Shown in pieces: positions 8,111 through 16,185 of a stretch of 20,000 nt of DNA. The notes under the pieces were generated by a model. It did no database searches and was not told the DNA's origin. It saw only the letters and a program-made list of their open reading frames with translations. The DNA lies in IMG/VR virus record IMGVR_UViG_3300010348_001898, positions 56,686-76,685 of that record; one strand, 5' to 3'. The position numbers were made by a program, and so were the translations under genes. Positions within the stretch are counted from its first letter, which is position 1; each line of letters starts with the position of its first letter. The DNA comes from an uncultured virus (IMG/VR IMGVR_UViG_3300010348_001898) (Duplodnaviria; Heunggongvirae; Uroviricota; Caudoviricetes).

Positions 8111-8444
8111 TATTTTTTACTTACTACCTATATTATTTATATTTAATACTATTTTTTATCTTAAAAATAGATTATATTTAGATAGTAGAGCAGATGAGAA
8201 AGATCTTAATGATGCAAGATTATCCGAAGGTTTATATTATCTAATAGTTTTGATATACTTTTTTTGGTGCTTACTCGGTATTATACTTACTGATGATATA
8301 ACTTTTATTATACTAAGCTCAATTTGGTTTACAAAGTTTATAATTTTTCACATAAATAAAAAAGCATATATGGTTTATAATTATTTATATCCATATATGC
8401 AGATTATTTTGATGTTATATATTTTATATACCAAATTTCTTTAG
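8103..8444 (+). CDS. Small multi-pass membrane protein
   Basis: 113 aa with 3-4 strongly hydrophobic segments separated by a charged loop (DSRADEKDLND). Confidence 0.6.
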   Translation: MNNIFYLLPILFIFNTIFYLKNRLYLDSRADEKDLNDARLSEGLYYLIVLIYFFWCLLGIILTDDITFIILSSIWFTKFIIFHINKKAYMVYNYLYPYMQIILMLYILYTKFL

Positions 8445-8455
8445 ATGATGTTCGG

Positions 8456-9514
8456 TTATGATAATAAACACTCTTTGATTTTGTCAATTATTGAGTCTCT
8501 ATGTGATATTATTAAAAGATTTATATTATTTTCTTTACAAAAATTACTTTTTATAGAATCGTTATATTTTTGGTAGTTAAATTTTTCTTCTCCACCAAAT
8601 CTGTTAACTTTTTGATAATGTTGTATTCCATTATATTCGATACATATGTTTTTCTCAGGTATATAAAAATCAAATCTTAGTTTTTTCTTATTTATACAAC
8701 CATCAAATGTTTTTTCTCTTTCATAAAATATAGAATATTTATTTAAAATACTTTCTATTATAGTTTCGCCTGTTGATTTTCTTGGTAGAAATCCATTAAG
8801 ATGATTATCTGGTAATTGTGATATTATACCAACATCCGAATTCATAGTAAATAATTTTCCTTTACCATTATAAATTAATGTATTATAATCAAACTCAATT
8901 AATCCATTACACCAAACTCCTTTAGAATTTCTAATAAATCTTTCACGTTCTTTTTCTAATCTAGTATTTTCTTTACATATAGGACAACCATAATTTTTTA
9001 GGTTATCAATAGTTGATGAGAATATATGTTCATTATTACATTTTATAATTGATTTTGACTTATAACCATTATATTTTAATATATGAATATTATTTTCTAA
9101 TAACCATTTATCTAATTTATCTGTTATACCTGTTTTGTTCTCATTACTACATTTTTTACACATTTGTCCTAAATTAAAATGATTATGTAATCTTTGCTCA
9201 AATATACCATGTTCTTTACATTCTATGCTTATTTTATCTTGTACATTATAGATATCCTTATCTAAAAAATACCTATATGGTTTTTTATACTTTATTATAA
9301 GGTCATTTATGTACTCTTTTGTATATTTATTATTATTTAATGTTTTACATTTTGGGCATTTTAGATTTTTAATATGTACATCAAATCTTTGTTCTATTTT
9401 ACCATGATTTTCACATAAGAAAACTATTTTCTTTTTTGACTCTTCAATTATACCAATATAATTTATTTTTGAATCTTTTAACTTATCCACTTCTAATTGT
9501 TTTAACTTTCTCAT
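8456..9514 (-). CDS. Putative homing endonuclease: zinc-ribbon repeats plus C-terminal Vsr/PD-(D/E)XK-like nuclease
   Basis: Three CxxH(G)...CPxC-type modules. C-terminal LRFDFYIP...ICIEYNGIQHY...DSIKSNFCKENNINLLII is typical of DUF559/Vsr-like phage nucleases. Confidence 0.75.
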   Translation of the reverse strand: MRKLKQLEVDKLKDSKINYIGIIEESKKKIVFLCENHGKIEQRFDVHIKNLKCPKCKTLNNNKYTKEYINDLIIKYKKPYRYFLDKDIYNVQDKISIECKEHGIFEQRLHNHFNLGQMCKKCSNENKTGITDKLDKWLLENNIHILKYNGYKSKSIIKCNNEHIFSSTIDNLKNYGCPICKENTRLEKERERFIRNSKGVWCNGLIEFDYNTLIYNGKGKLFTMNSDVGIISQLPDNHLNGFLPRKSTGETIIESILNKYSIFYEREKTFDGCINKKKLRFDFYIPEKNICIEYNGIQHYQKVNRFGGEEKFNYQKYNDSIKSNFCKENNINLLIISHRDSIIDKIKECLLS

Positions 9515-9518
9515 AATG

Positions 9519-9526
9519 TATATATA
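9519..9526 (-). promoter_or_regulatory. Putative late promoter core TATATATA
   Basis: Minus strand TTTATATATA-CATT-ATG (4-nt spacer). Confidence 0.55.
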
Positions 9527-9547
9527 AATAATAAAAAGTGGAAATTT

Positions 9548-10075
9548 CTATATTCCAAACTTTTTTAGGTGAGTTTCTGTTATTATTATAAATTCATAAC
9601 CTTTTCTATTACACCACTCGATCATAGTCCTCCATTTTTCTTGGTTACGATACGCCATTTTGAGGTCATATTCGAAGTTTCTCAACTTCTTCAGACCATT
9701 TTGTGGAACATTTAATTTTCCTTCATTTAGATCTAAAACCATTTGATATTCTTTATGAGGTTTTACTTCAACTACTACTCTTTTAATACTTCCGTCTTGA
9801 TTTAACATTTCATAATAAAAGTCTGGATAATAATTGTGGTCTCTAATTTCCATATCACCATTCTTGAAGTGTGTCATCTGATAAGGAATTTTAAGACATT
9901 CTGCACCCCACATTTTTATATTTTCGCTATTATCTAACCAAATCATTATTCTATTTTCCCAAGAGCTTCTAAAATAAACACCACCTTCTTTATTTAACTT
10001 TAGTACTTTATCTTTATTCTTAGGTATAAAATTACCACTTTTATAAGATGAATTATTAGGTCTTGAATTTATCAT
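9548..10075 (-). CDS. gp4: Head-completion nuclease, T4 gp4-like (TnsA-type endonuclease fold)
   Basis: GNFIPKNKDK, YFRSSWE, WGAE..IPY, HNYYPDF, VEVKP, NQEKW and GYEFIIITE are the gp4 family motifs in order. Confidence 0.9.
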   Translation of the reverse strand: MINSRPNNSSYKSGNFIPKNKDKVLKLNKEGGVYFRSSWENRIMIWLDNSENIKMWGAECLKIPYQMTHFKNGDMEIRDHNYYPDFYYEMLNQDGSIKRVVVEVKPHKEYQMVLDLNEGKLNVPQNGLKKLRNFEYDLKMAYRNQEKWRTMIEWCNRKGYEFIIITETHLKKFGI

Positions 10076-10082
10076 TTTTGTA

Positions 10083-10116
10083 AAAGTTTTTATTTATATA
10101 TAAAAATAAAAACTTT
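10083..10116. promoter_or_regulatory. Palindromic bidirectional promoter region
   Basis: Perfect 13-bp inverted repeat AAAGTTTTTATTT / AAATAAAAACTTT around ATATATAA. Self-complementary TATATATA at 10095-10102 lies between divergent gp4 and gp2. Confidence 0.65.
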
Positions 10117-10118
10117 CT

Positions 10119-10814
10119 ATGGCTGAGTTATTAGAGCGTGTTAAATTAAATCTATTGGTAAATGGAAACGGTATAGTTGATAATTTCAAAAATAATTCTC
10201 TTTATTTTTATGAAAAGTATCAAAAATCAGATAAAGATGTTCAGTCTATAAATATAAAAGATATGTACCCTGGTGCATTTTACTTTCTTCATTACTATGA
10301 TGATTCAAATTGGATGAAATATGCTCCTATATTTTTAGTTGATTTTAGAAAGTTTGATAATAAAGTAATACTAATCGCTGTCAATTTTAATTTTATACCT
10401 ATGGAAATAAGGGCACAAATTTTTGATAAGTATATTACTAATGATGACTTTGAAAAAAATAACTATCTAAAAGTTGATTATGAGGGTATGTATCGAGAAC
10501 TATTAAAAGTTGGTTTTGAATATGCTTTGATGGAGTTTAATGCAGCTCAAATAAAAATAGTTCATAGAATACATTTAGAATTACTACCAAGATTTTTATA
10601 TGCTCAACATCCAATAAATAAATATGATCCTAAAAAACTTATAGAGATATGGCAAGCTAAGTTAGATAAGAGAGAGGAAAGACATAAAGAAATAATTTCT
10701 TCTATTCTAAGTGAGTATTATGATATAAATAAAGAAATATCTGAAAAGTATGATTTGATGAGAGATCATATTAAAAGAATACAAACCTCTTTGACTAAAT
10801 ACGGTAGGATGTAA
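10119..10814 (+). CDS. gp2: DNA end protector, T4 gp2-like
   Basis: PGAFYFLHY...APIFLV...AVNFNFIPMEIRAQI resembles gp2 PGxxYxFxY...PLI...GLNLHYIPPxxR. Adjacent to the gp4-like gene. Confidence 0.6.
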   Translation: MAELLERVKLNLLVNGNGIVDNFKNNSLYFYEKYQKSDKDVQSINIKDMYPGAFYFLHYYDDSNWMKYAPIFLVDFRKFDNKVILIAVNFNFIPMEIRAQIFDKYITNDDFEKNNYLKVDYEGMYRELLKVGFEYALMEFNAAQIKIVHRIHLELLPRFLYAQHPINKYDPKKLIEIWQAKLDKREERHKEIISSILSEYYDINKEISEKYDLMRDHIKRIQTSLTKYGRM

Positions 10815-10835
10815 AAAAAGGAACACATGGTTTTT

Positions 10836-10843
10836 TATATATA
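10836..10843 (+). promoter_or_regulatory. Putative late promoter core TATATATA
   Basis: TTTTTTATATATAAG, 22 nt upstream of the portal ATG. Confidence 0.55.
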
Positions 10844-10865
10844 AGTAAATATTAAATTTTTTTTA

Positions 10866-12626
10866 ATGGCATCATATAATAATTTTAATCAACAAGGTAC
10901 TGATATAGGAGCAAATTTTGCTTATACTAACTCAGCAGTTGAAAACAAAGGACTTTTTAGTAGAATTTTAAGAAATTTATCTACTTATGGAATGAATTAT
11001 GACGATATGATTATGAGAAATCAAGTCGGTATTGGAGTAAATGAAGATCCTTATGCTGCTCGTGGAAATTCAATGTATGACTTTTTTAGTTCTAGAGCTG
11101 TTGCATCAGTACTAAATAGAAAATCAATTCCTTATTTAGATAAAGCTTATGCTGATAAACGAAGAATTTTAAGAGAGTATTCTATTAAAGACGAAATTAG
11201 AGACTTTATAAGCACTATTGCTGATGAATGTATAATCTATAACGATGAGCGTGACTTCTGTTCACCTGAGGCTTTACCAGCAGCTTATTCTAAAGACATA
11301 CAAGATAAATATCAAGAGTATTTTGAGAAAATCTATAATAGATTTGGTTTTGCTGATAATATTACTGCTTGGAATATGATGAAAGATTTCTTAATTGATG
11401 GATATATTGCAATTGAGATTATTTATGATGATAAAAAGAAAAATATAATTGGATTTAACAGATTAAGACCAGAAACATTAGTTCCTGCTTACGAACCATC
11501 TATTGGACATTTATGGATACAATTTCCAGAAGATCCTCAATTAAGAAGAATATTCTTAGATTCTCAGTTGATTTACATTTCATATTCAACTCAAAATGAG
11601 TATTCAGAAACATCATATATTGAAGGTTTGATTAAACCATATAATCAATTAAAGATTTTACAACAAACGAGAATAATGTTTAACATTGTTAATGCTACGG
11701 TTTATCAAAAGTTTACTATTCCAATTAAAGGTATGTCTCGTCAAAGAGCAGAAGAACAAATTGGTCAGTTAATTCATGATTATTCGGAAGAAGTTGAATG
11801 GGATGACTCATTGGGAACATTGACAATTAATGGATCTAAACATTTACCTTATAACAAACAAATCTGGTTTCCAGAGGGAGATGGTGGTACTCCAAATATG
11901 GAATTAGTTTCTCCTCAAGGACATAACTTGAATGATGATTCAATGTTAGATTGGTTCTTCAAAGCTCTAAAAAGAGCTTCTAAGATTCCAATGACAAGAT
12001 TTGAAGGAGAAAATGGTGGTGGTAATTTAATTACAGATGCTGGTGAGATGACAAGAGATGAGATTAAGTTTCATAATTTTATTATGAGATTAAGATCTAA
12101 CTTTAAAGAAATTATAGTTAAACCTTTAAGATTGCAAATGCTAGTTGAGTTTCCAGAGTTAATAGAAGATGAGAAATTTATAAACTCTGTTGATATTAAA
12201 TTCTATTCTAATCAGGTATTTGAAGAGTGGAAAAAAATTAATAACTTAGAGAAAAAAGCGGGTGTTGTTGGTACATTACTTGGTGTTATGAATGGTGAGA
12301 AGCCTTATTTCCATATAGATTGGATTATGGACTATGTATTTAAGCTCACACCGGAAGAAAAAGCAGAAAATCAGAAATATTGGGATAAAGATGTTTTGAA
12401 TCAAGCAGCCGGTGCAACTGGTGAGCCTGGTATGGGTGGTGAAGCTGGTGGTGGATTCGGTGGTGAAGCCGGTGGTGGATTTGGTGGTGAAGTACAAGGT
12501 GGTGCTCCTGAAATGGGTGGTGAAGCTCCTCCAGCTCCAGAAGCAGGTGGTGGTGAAGTACAAGCAGGTGGTGAAACTCCTCCTCCAGCTCCAGAAGCAG
12601 GTGGGAATTCTGAATTCGAGTTTTAA
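10866..12626 (+). CDS. gp20: Portal vertex protein, T4 gp20-like
   Basis: LREYS..DEI..FISTIADE, SYIEGLIKPYNQLKIL, WFPEGDGG, ALKRASKIPMTRF and EMTRDEIKFHNFIMRLR match conserved gp20 blocks. Confidence 0.92.
   Translation: MASYNNFNQQGTDIGANFAYTNSAVENKGLFSRILRNLSTYGMNYDDMIMRNQVGIGVNEDPYAARGNSMYDFFSSRAVASVLNRKSIPYLDKAYADKRRILREYSIKDEIRDFISTIADECIIYNDERDFCSPEALPAAYSKDIQDKYQEYFEKIYNRFGFADNITAWNMMKDFLIDGYIAIEIIYDDKKKNIIGFNRLRPETLVPAYEPSIGHLWIQFPEDPQLRRIFLDSQLIYISYSTQNEYSETSYIEGLIKPYNQLKILQQTRIMFNIVNATVYQKFTIPIKGMSRQRAEEQIGQLIHDYSEEVEWDDSLGTLTINGSKHLPYNKQIWFPEGDGGTPNMELVSPQGHNLNDDSMLDWFFKALKRASKIPMTRFEGENGGGNLITDAGEMTRDEIKFHNFIMRLRSNFKEIIVKPLRLQMLVEFPELIEDEKFINSVDIKFYSNQVFEEWKKINNLEKKAGVVGTLLGVMNGEKPYFHIDWIMDYVFKLTPEEKAENQKYWDKDVLNQAAGATGEPGMGGEAGGGFGGEAGGGFGGEVQGGAPEMGGEAPPAPEAGGGEVQAGGETPPPAPEAGGNSEFEF
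12435..12605 (+). repeat. Gly/Glu/Pro-rich low-complexity repeats in the portal C-terminal tail
   Basis: 24-bp unit encoding GGEAGGGF twice (12435-12482), plus duplicated GGEVQ and PPAPEAGG blocks. Confidence 0.85.
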
Positions 12627-12629
12627 TTT

Positions 12630-12639
12630 TTAATATATA
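12630..12639 (+). promoter_or_regulatory. Putative late promoter core TTAATATATA
   Basis: Directly after the portal stop, 21 nt before the GIY-YIG ATG. Confidence 0.55.
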
Positions 12640-12660
12640 GATAAAAATAAATTTTATTTT

Positions 12661-13335
12661 ATGTATAGTATCTATATATTGAAATGTCCTATTTCAAACG
12701 AGGTTAGGTATGTTGGTCAAACAAGATCTAAGCTAAGCAAAAGATTACAAGGACATATATGGGAGTCAAAAAAAGATAAGAGAAAATATTCGCATAAAGA
12801 TAATTGGATATCTAAATTATCCAAATTAGAACTTAGACCAATTATAGAGAAGATAGAGGAATTGTCTATTGAATGTGACCTATCATATGTTTTAGAGAGA
12901 GAAACATATTGGATTTTGAAATATAGAAATAGTGGTAATATATTAAATGTGACTGATGGAGGTGAGTATAGTATAAATAATAAACAGGGTATTCATAAAT
13001 CTATGACTGGTGAAAATAATCCAATGTGGAATAAAAAACATAGTGATAGAGTAAAAAAAATTATGAGTGAGAAGAAATTGGGTCTATATAATGGTATTAA
13101 TAACCCAAGATCAAAGCCAATCTATCAATATAATAAAGATTTGAAACTTCTAAAAAAATGGGATTATGCAAAGGAGTGTGCTGACTTTTATAAAATATCA
13201 AGAGGTAATATTTCAACTGCATCAAAGTTTAACTCAAATAAAAATAAAGATGATAAATATATAATATGTTCAGGATTTATATTTTCATTTACAGAAATAA
13301 TAAAAAATCCTTCTTATGAAGGATTTACTTTTTAG
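12661..13335 (+). CDS. GIY-YIG homing endonuclease with NUMOD3/NUMOD1-like DNA-binding motifs
   Basis: SIYILK...RYVGQT, RLQGH, ERETYWI and LNVTDGGE form the catalytic domain. GENNPMWNKKHS is NUMOD3-like and SKPIYQY...KKW...KECA is NUMOD1-like. Confidence 0.88.
   Translation: MYSIYILKCPISNEVRYVGQTRSKLSKRLQGHIWESKKDKRKYSHKDNWISKLSKLELRPIIEKIEELSIECDLSYVLERETYWILKYRNSGNILNVTDGGEYSINNKQGIHKSMTGENNPMWNKKHSDRVKKIMSEKKLGLYNGINNPRSKPIYQYNKDLKLLKKWDYAKECADFYKISRGNISTASKFNSNKNKDDKYIICSGFIFSFTEIIKNPSYEGFTF
13302..13333. terminator. Probable bidirectional intrinsic terminator
   Basis: AAATCCTTC-TTAT-GAAGGATTT (13305-13326) flanked by A and T runs, at the junction of convergent transcription units. Confidence 0.7.
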
Positions 13336-13753
13336 TATAAGCAACAAAGTGTATATGCTCTTCTAATATAAATTGTTTTATTGGGAATTTTATTTTATTT
13401 TCTATAAGATTTTTGACTATTTTACCTGCATCATTTTTTTCTAAAACTACAAACTTTAGTGTTAGTTTTTCAATTCTATCATTGTTAATAATAAAAACTA
13501 GTCCACTTACCGTACCACATATATCTTTATAATGAAGTTCAGATTCTATATTATCTTCTAATTTAACAAACTTAGATATATTATCAATAGTAAATTGAAG
13601 TCTTTTACCTTCTTCTAATAAATAATTTAGCTTTATTTCTCTGTAAAAAGACTTCCAATCTGGATATTGCGAAAGAGCCATATCATAATCACTTAATTTT
13701 ACATCTCCTTCTAATTCAACATCTAATAAGTAATCATAAACATCTTCTATCAT
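13325..13753 (-). CDS. Hypothetical protein
   Basis: 142 aa. ATGA overlap with the RNase R stop implies translational coupling. Contains REIKLNYLL. Confidence 0.65.
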   Translation of the reverse strand: MIEDVYDYLLDVELEGDVKLSDYDMALSQYPDWKSFYREIKLNYLLEEGKRLQFTIDNISKFVKLEDNIESELHYKDICGTVSGLVFIINNDRIEKLTLKFVVLEKNDAGKIVKNLIENKIKFPIKQFILEEHIHFVAYTKK

Positions 13754-15630
13754 AGTAGCTCAAAATCTATTTGCTTTCTTTCTACGTTTATAGATTTTAC
13801 AATAACCTTAACTTCATCACCTAATCTAATTTGACCTCCTGTTTTTAAGTTTACTGTATAATTTTCGGTATCTACTTTATGATTATTTGTATATCTAACC
13901 ATACCTTCACATTTACTTTCAACTAACTCAACATACATACCACAATCAGTAACACCTGATACTATACCATTGTGTATAGTTCCGATCTTATCCTCCAAAT
14001 ACTCAACTTGTTTATATTTAATTGAATCTCTTTGTGCTTTAGCTGCTAGTATTTCTCTATCAGAACACCATTTAGACATATCTTCTATCTTTTTAAGATT
14101 TTCATTTGCTTTCTTATTTAAGAAATTATTTAATATTCTATGAGTTATTAAATCTGGATATCTTCTAATAGGTGAAGTAAAGTGAGAATAGTGAGTAAAG
14201 CCTAATCCGTAGTGTCCTATATTTTTAGTAGTATAAGTAGCTTTTGACATACATCTTGTAATCAAAGTTTCTATCATATTTTCCTCTGGTTTATCTTTAA
14301 TGTCTTTAACCAGTTTATTTATTGATGATTTTAAGCTTTTAACATTACTATTTGTATCTAAGCTATACCCAAAGTTTTTACAAATTGAAGCTAAAGATTC
14401 TAATTTTTCTAAGTTAGGTTGATCGTGTACTCTGTAAACATTATGATATTTTGCATCTGATAATTCTTTAGCTACTAACTTATTAGCAAGAAGCATAAAT
14501 TCCTCGATAAGTTTATTTGAGTCTTTTTGAGTTTTGAAGTAAACATCGACTGGTTTTTTTGTTTCTTTGTCAAGTTTGAATCTAACTTCAATACTCCCCA
14601 TTTCAATAGAACCATCTTGGATTCTTTTACCTCTCATTATTTTAGCTAATTTATCTAAAGCTAATATTTCATCTTTATAATCTCCTTGTAAAGTTTCAAT
14701 TACATTTTGAGCTTCTTCATAAGTAAATCTTCTATCTGAGTGAATTACAGTTTTACCAAACCATTTATCTAAAATATCTCCTTTTTTATTTAGTTTAACT
14801 ACAACAGAAAAACATAATTTATCTTCATTTGGTCTTAACGAGCAAACTCCATTACTTAATCTTTCTGGTAACATAGGAATACATCTATCAACTAAGTAAA
14901 CTGATGTAGCTCTTTTTATTGCTTCTTCATCTATTATACCACCTTCTTTAATATAGTGTGATACGTCTGCGATGTGTATTCCAACCTCAATTAAATCTTC
15001 ATCTATTATTTCGACTGAAAGAGCATCATCAAAATCTTTAGCATCTACTGGATCAATAGTGAAAGTTGCAACACTTCTCATATCTCTTCTTTTGTCTATT
15101 TCAGATTGTGAAATTTCAAGATTTATCAATTCTGCTTCTGCTTCAACTATTAGCGGAAAATTATTTGGTAATCCATACTCATGCATAATTGAGTTCATTT
15201 CAGCATTATTTTCACCTGAACTTCCTATAACTTCTACAATTTCTGCTTTTGGAGATTTTGTTCCTGGTTCCCAGCTTAAAAGCTCTACTAATACTTTTTG
15301 TTCGTCGTTAGCATCCAAGCCACCTTTTATATAAAAATCAACGGGTATTTTATTACTATCAGGAATTACAAATGTAAATCTTTTATTTTTATGTATTTTT
15401 CCTACGAATTTAGTTCTACATCTATCAATAATGTCTATAACTTTTGCTTCAAACTTATTGTTTCTTTGTATTACTTCTACTTTAACTCTATCACCGTGAA
15501 ATGCGTTTGATGTATTTTTCTTATATACGAATAAACTAGTCTCTCCTATATTTACTGATGCATTTCCACTTGTAGTGAAATCTATGATACCTTCAAATGT
15601 ATCATTCTCTTTTAATTTTTTCATTATCAT
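13750..15630 (-). CDS. rnr: Ribonuclease R (RNB family 3'-5' exoribonuclease)
   Basis: Cold-shock-like N-terminal domains (AFHGDRVKV), catalytic TIDPVDAKDFDDALS, HIADVSHY, GHYGLG..YSHFTSPIRRYPDL and a C-terminal S1 domain (LGDEVKVIV). Confidence 0.93.
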   Translation of the reverse strand: MIMKKLKENDTFEGIIDFTTSGNASVNIGETSLFVYKKNTSNAFHGDRVKVEVIQRNNKFEAKVIDIIDRCRTKFVGKIHKNKRFTFVIPDSNKIPVDFYIKGGLDANDEQKVLVELLSWEPGTKSPKAEIVEVIGSSGENNAEMNSIMHEYGLPNNFPLIVEAEAELINLEISQSEIDKRRDMRSVATFTIDPVDAKDFDDALSVEIIDEDLIEVGIHIADVSHYIKEGGIIDEEAIKRATSVYLVDRCIPMLPERLSNGVCSLRPNEDKLCFSVVVKLNKKGDILDKWFGKTVIHSDRRFTYEEAQNVIETLQGDYKDEILALDKLAKIMRGKRIQDGSIEMGSIEVRFKLDKETKKPVDVYFKTQKDSNKLIEEFMLLANKLVAKELSDAKYHNVYRVHDQPNLEKLESLASICKNFGYSLDTNSNVKSLKSSINKLVKDIKDKPEENMIETLITRCMSKATYTTKNIGHYGLGFTHYSHFTSPIRRYPDLITHRILNNFLNKKANENLKKIEDMSKWCSDREILAAKAQRDSIKYKQVEYLEDKIGTIHNGIVSGVTDCGMYVELVESKCEGMVRYTNNHKVDTENYTVNLKTGGQIRLGDEVKVIVKSINVERKQIDFELL

Positions 15631-16009
15631 TTTTTTTGTTTTTAGAAATATTATCTACCCCATATTTACTAACTAATGTATTTTTCATCTTTTCTAAAAC
15701 TCCTTTATTTTGGATTGGATAGTCCACTCCGTAATTTTTTCTTAATGTTTCCTTTCTTTTCTTTTCGGAACATTTTCTACAATAATAATCTCCCCATTTA
15801 TTATCATATTTCAAATAGTTCTTATATATAACATCTTTTTCAATTCCACAATCATCACACTTACACTTGATTTTATAGTGAGAACCCTTTGGTAAAAGTT
15901 CTACTGGAATAATAATTTGCTCACTTATATATACATCATATCCCAAATTATCATAATAGTTGTAATTTGACTCTGTAATTTTTACATTTATTTCTCTAGA
16001 AAGGATCAT
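15602..16009 (-). CDS. Zinc-finger/KYGV-repeat protein resembling an endonuclease DNA-binding region without a nuclease domain
   Basis: CKCDDC...YYCRKC followed by two ET/NT...(N/K)YGVD repeats. Only 135 aa, with no catalytic motif. Confidence 0.55.
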   Translation of the reverse strand: MILSREINVKITESNYNYYDNLGYDVYISEQIIIPVELLPKGSHYKIKCKCDDCGIEKDVIYKNYLKYDNKWGDYYCRKCSEKKRKETLRKNYGVDYPIQNKGVLEKMKNTLVSKYGVDNISKNKKNDNEKIKRE

Positions 16010-16101
16010 AAAAAACCGCTTATTTTAGATTATTTATTAAAAAATACTTTTTTCCTTTTGATTTATTTTATCCTTTATATACAAGGATTTCCCGACTACT
16101 G

Positions 16102-16149
16102 TAAAAAATCCACCTTTATTTTTTTATGAATTTCCAAGGTAAATATATA
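16102..16149 (+). promoter_or_regulatory. Putative strong late promoter: TAAAAAATCCA upstream box plus AATATATA core
   Basis: 11-mer at 16102-16112 and ATATATA at 16143-16149. The same arrangement precedes the capsid gene. Confidence 0.55.
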
Positions 16150-16185
16150 CTCTGAATTGTAAACTACAAAAAATAATTATTTTAG

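Noticed and set aside
9548..10075. TnsA-like nuclease as evidence of a Tn7-type transposon
   Set aside because: Motifs and context (next to gp2 and portal) fit T4 gp4, and there are no TnsB/TnsC genes or terminal repeats.
12276..12633. ORFs 12276-12563(-) and 12412-12633(+)
   Set aside because: Alternative-frame products of the stop-poor Gly-rich portal tail repeats.
2859..13335. Group I introns or inteins hosting the endonucleases
   Set aside because: Flanking core genes are uninterrupted and the endonuclease ORFs are intergenic with very short flanks, leaving no room for ribozyme structure.
14972..15510. Plus-strand ORFs inside rnr
   Set aside because: Antisense shadows of a well-supported gene.
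16070..16088. Hairpin ATCCTT-TATATAC-AAGGAT in the divergent intergenic region
   Set aside because: Only a 6-bp stem with no clear U-tract context, so it cannot be distinguished from chance.
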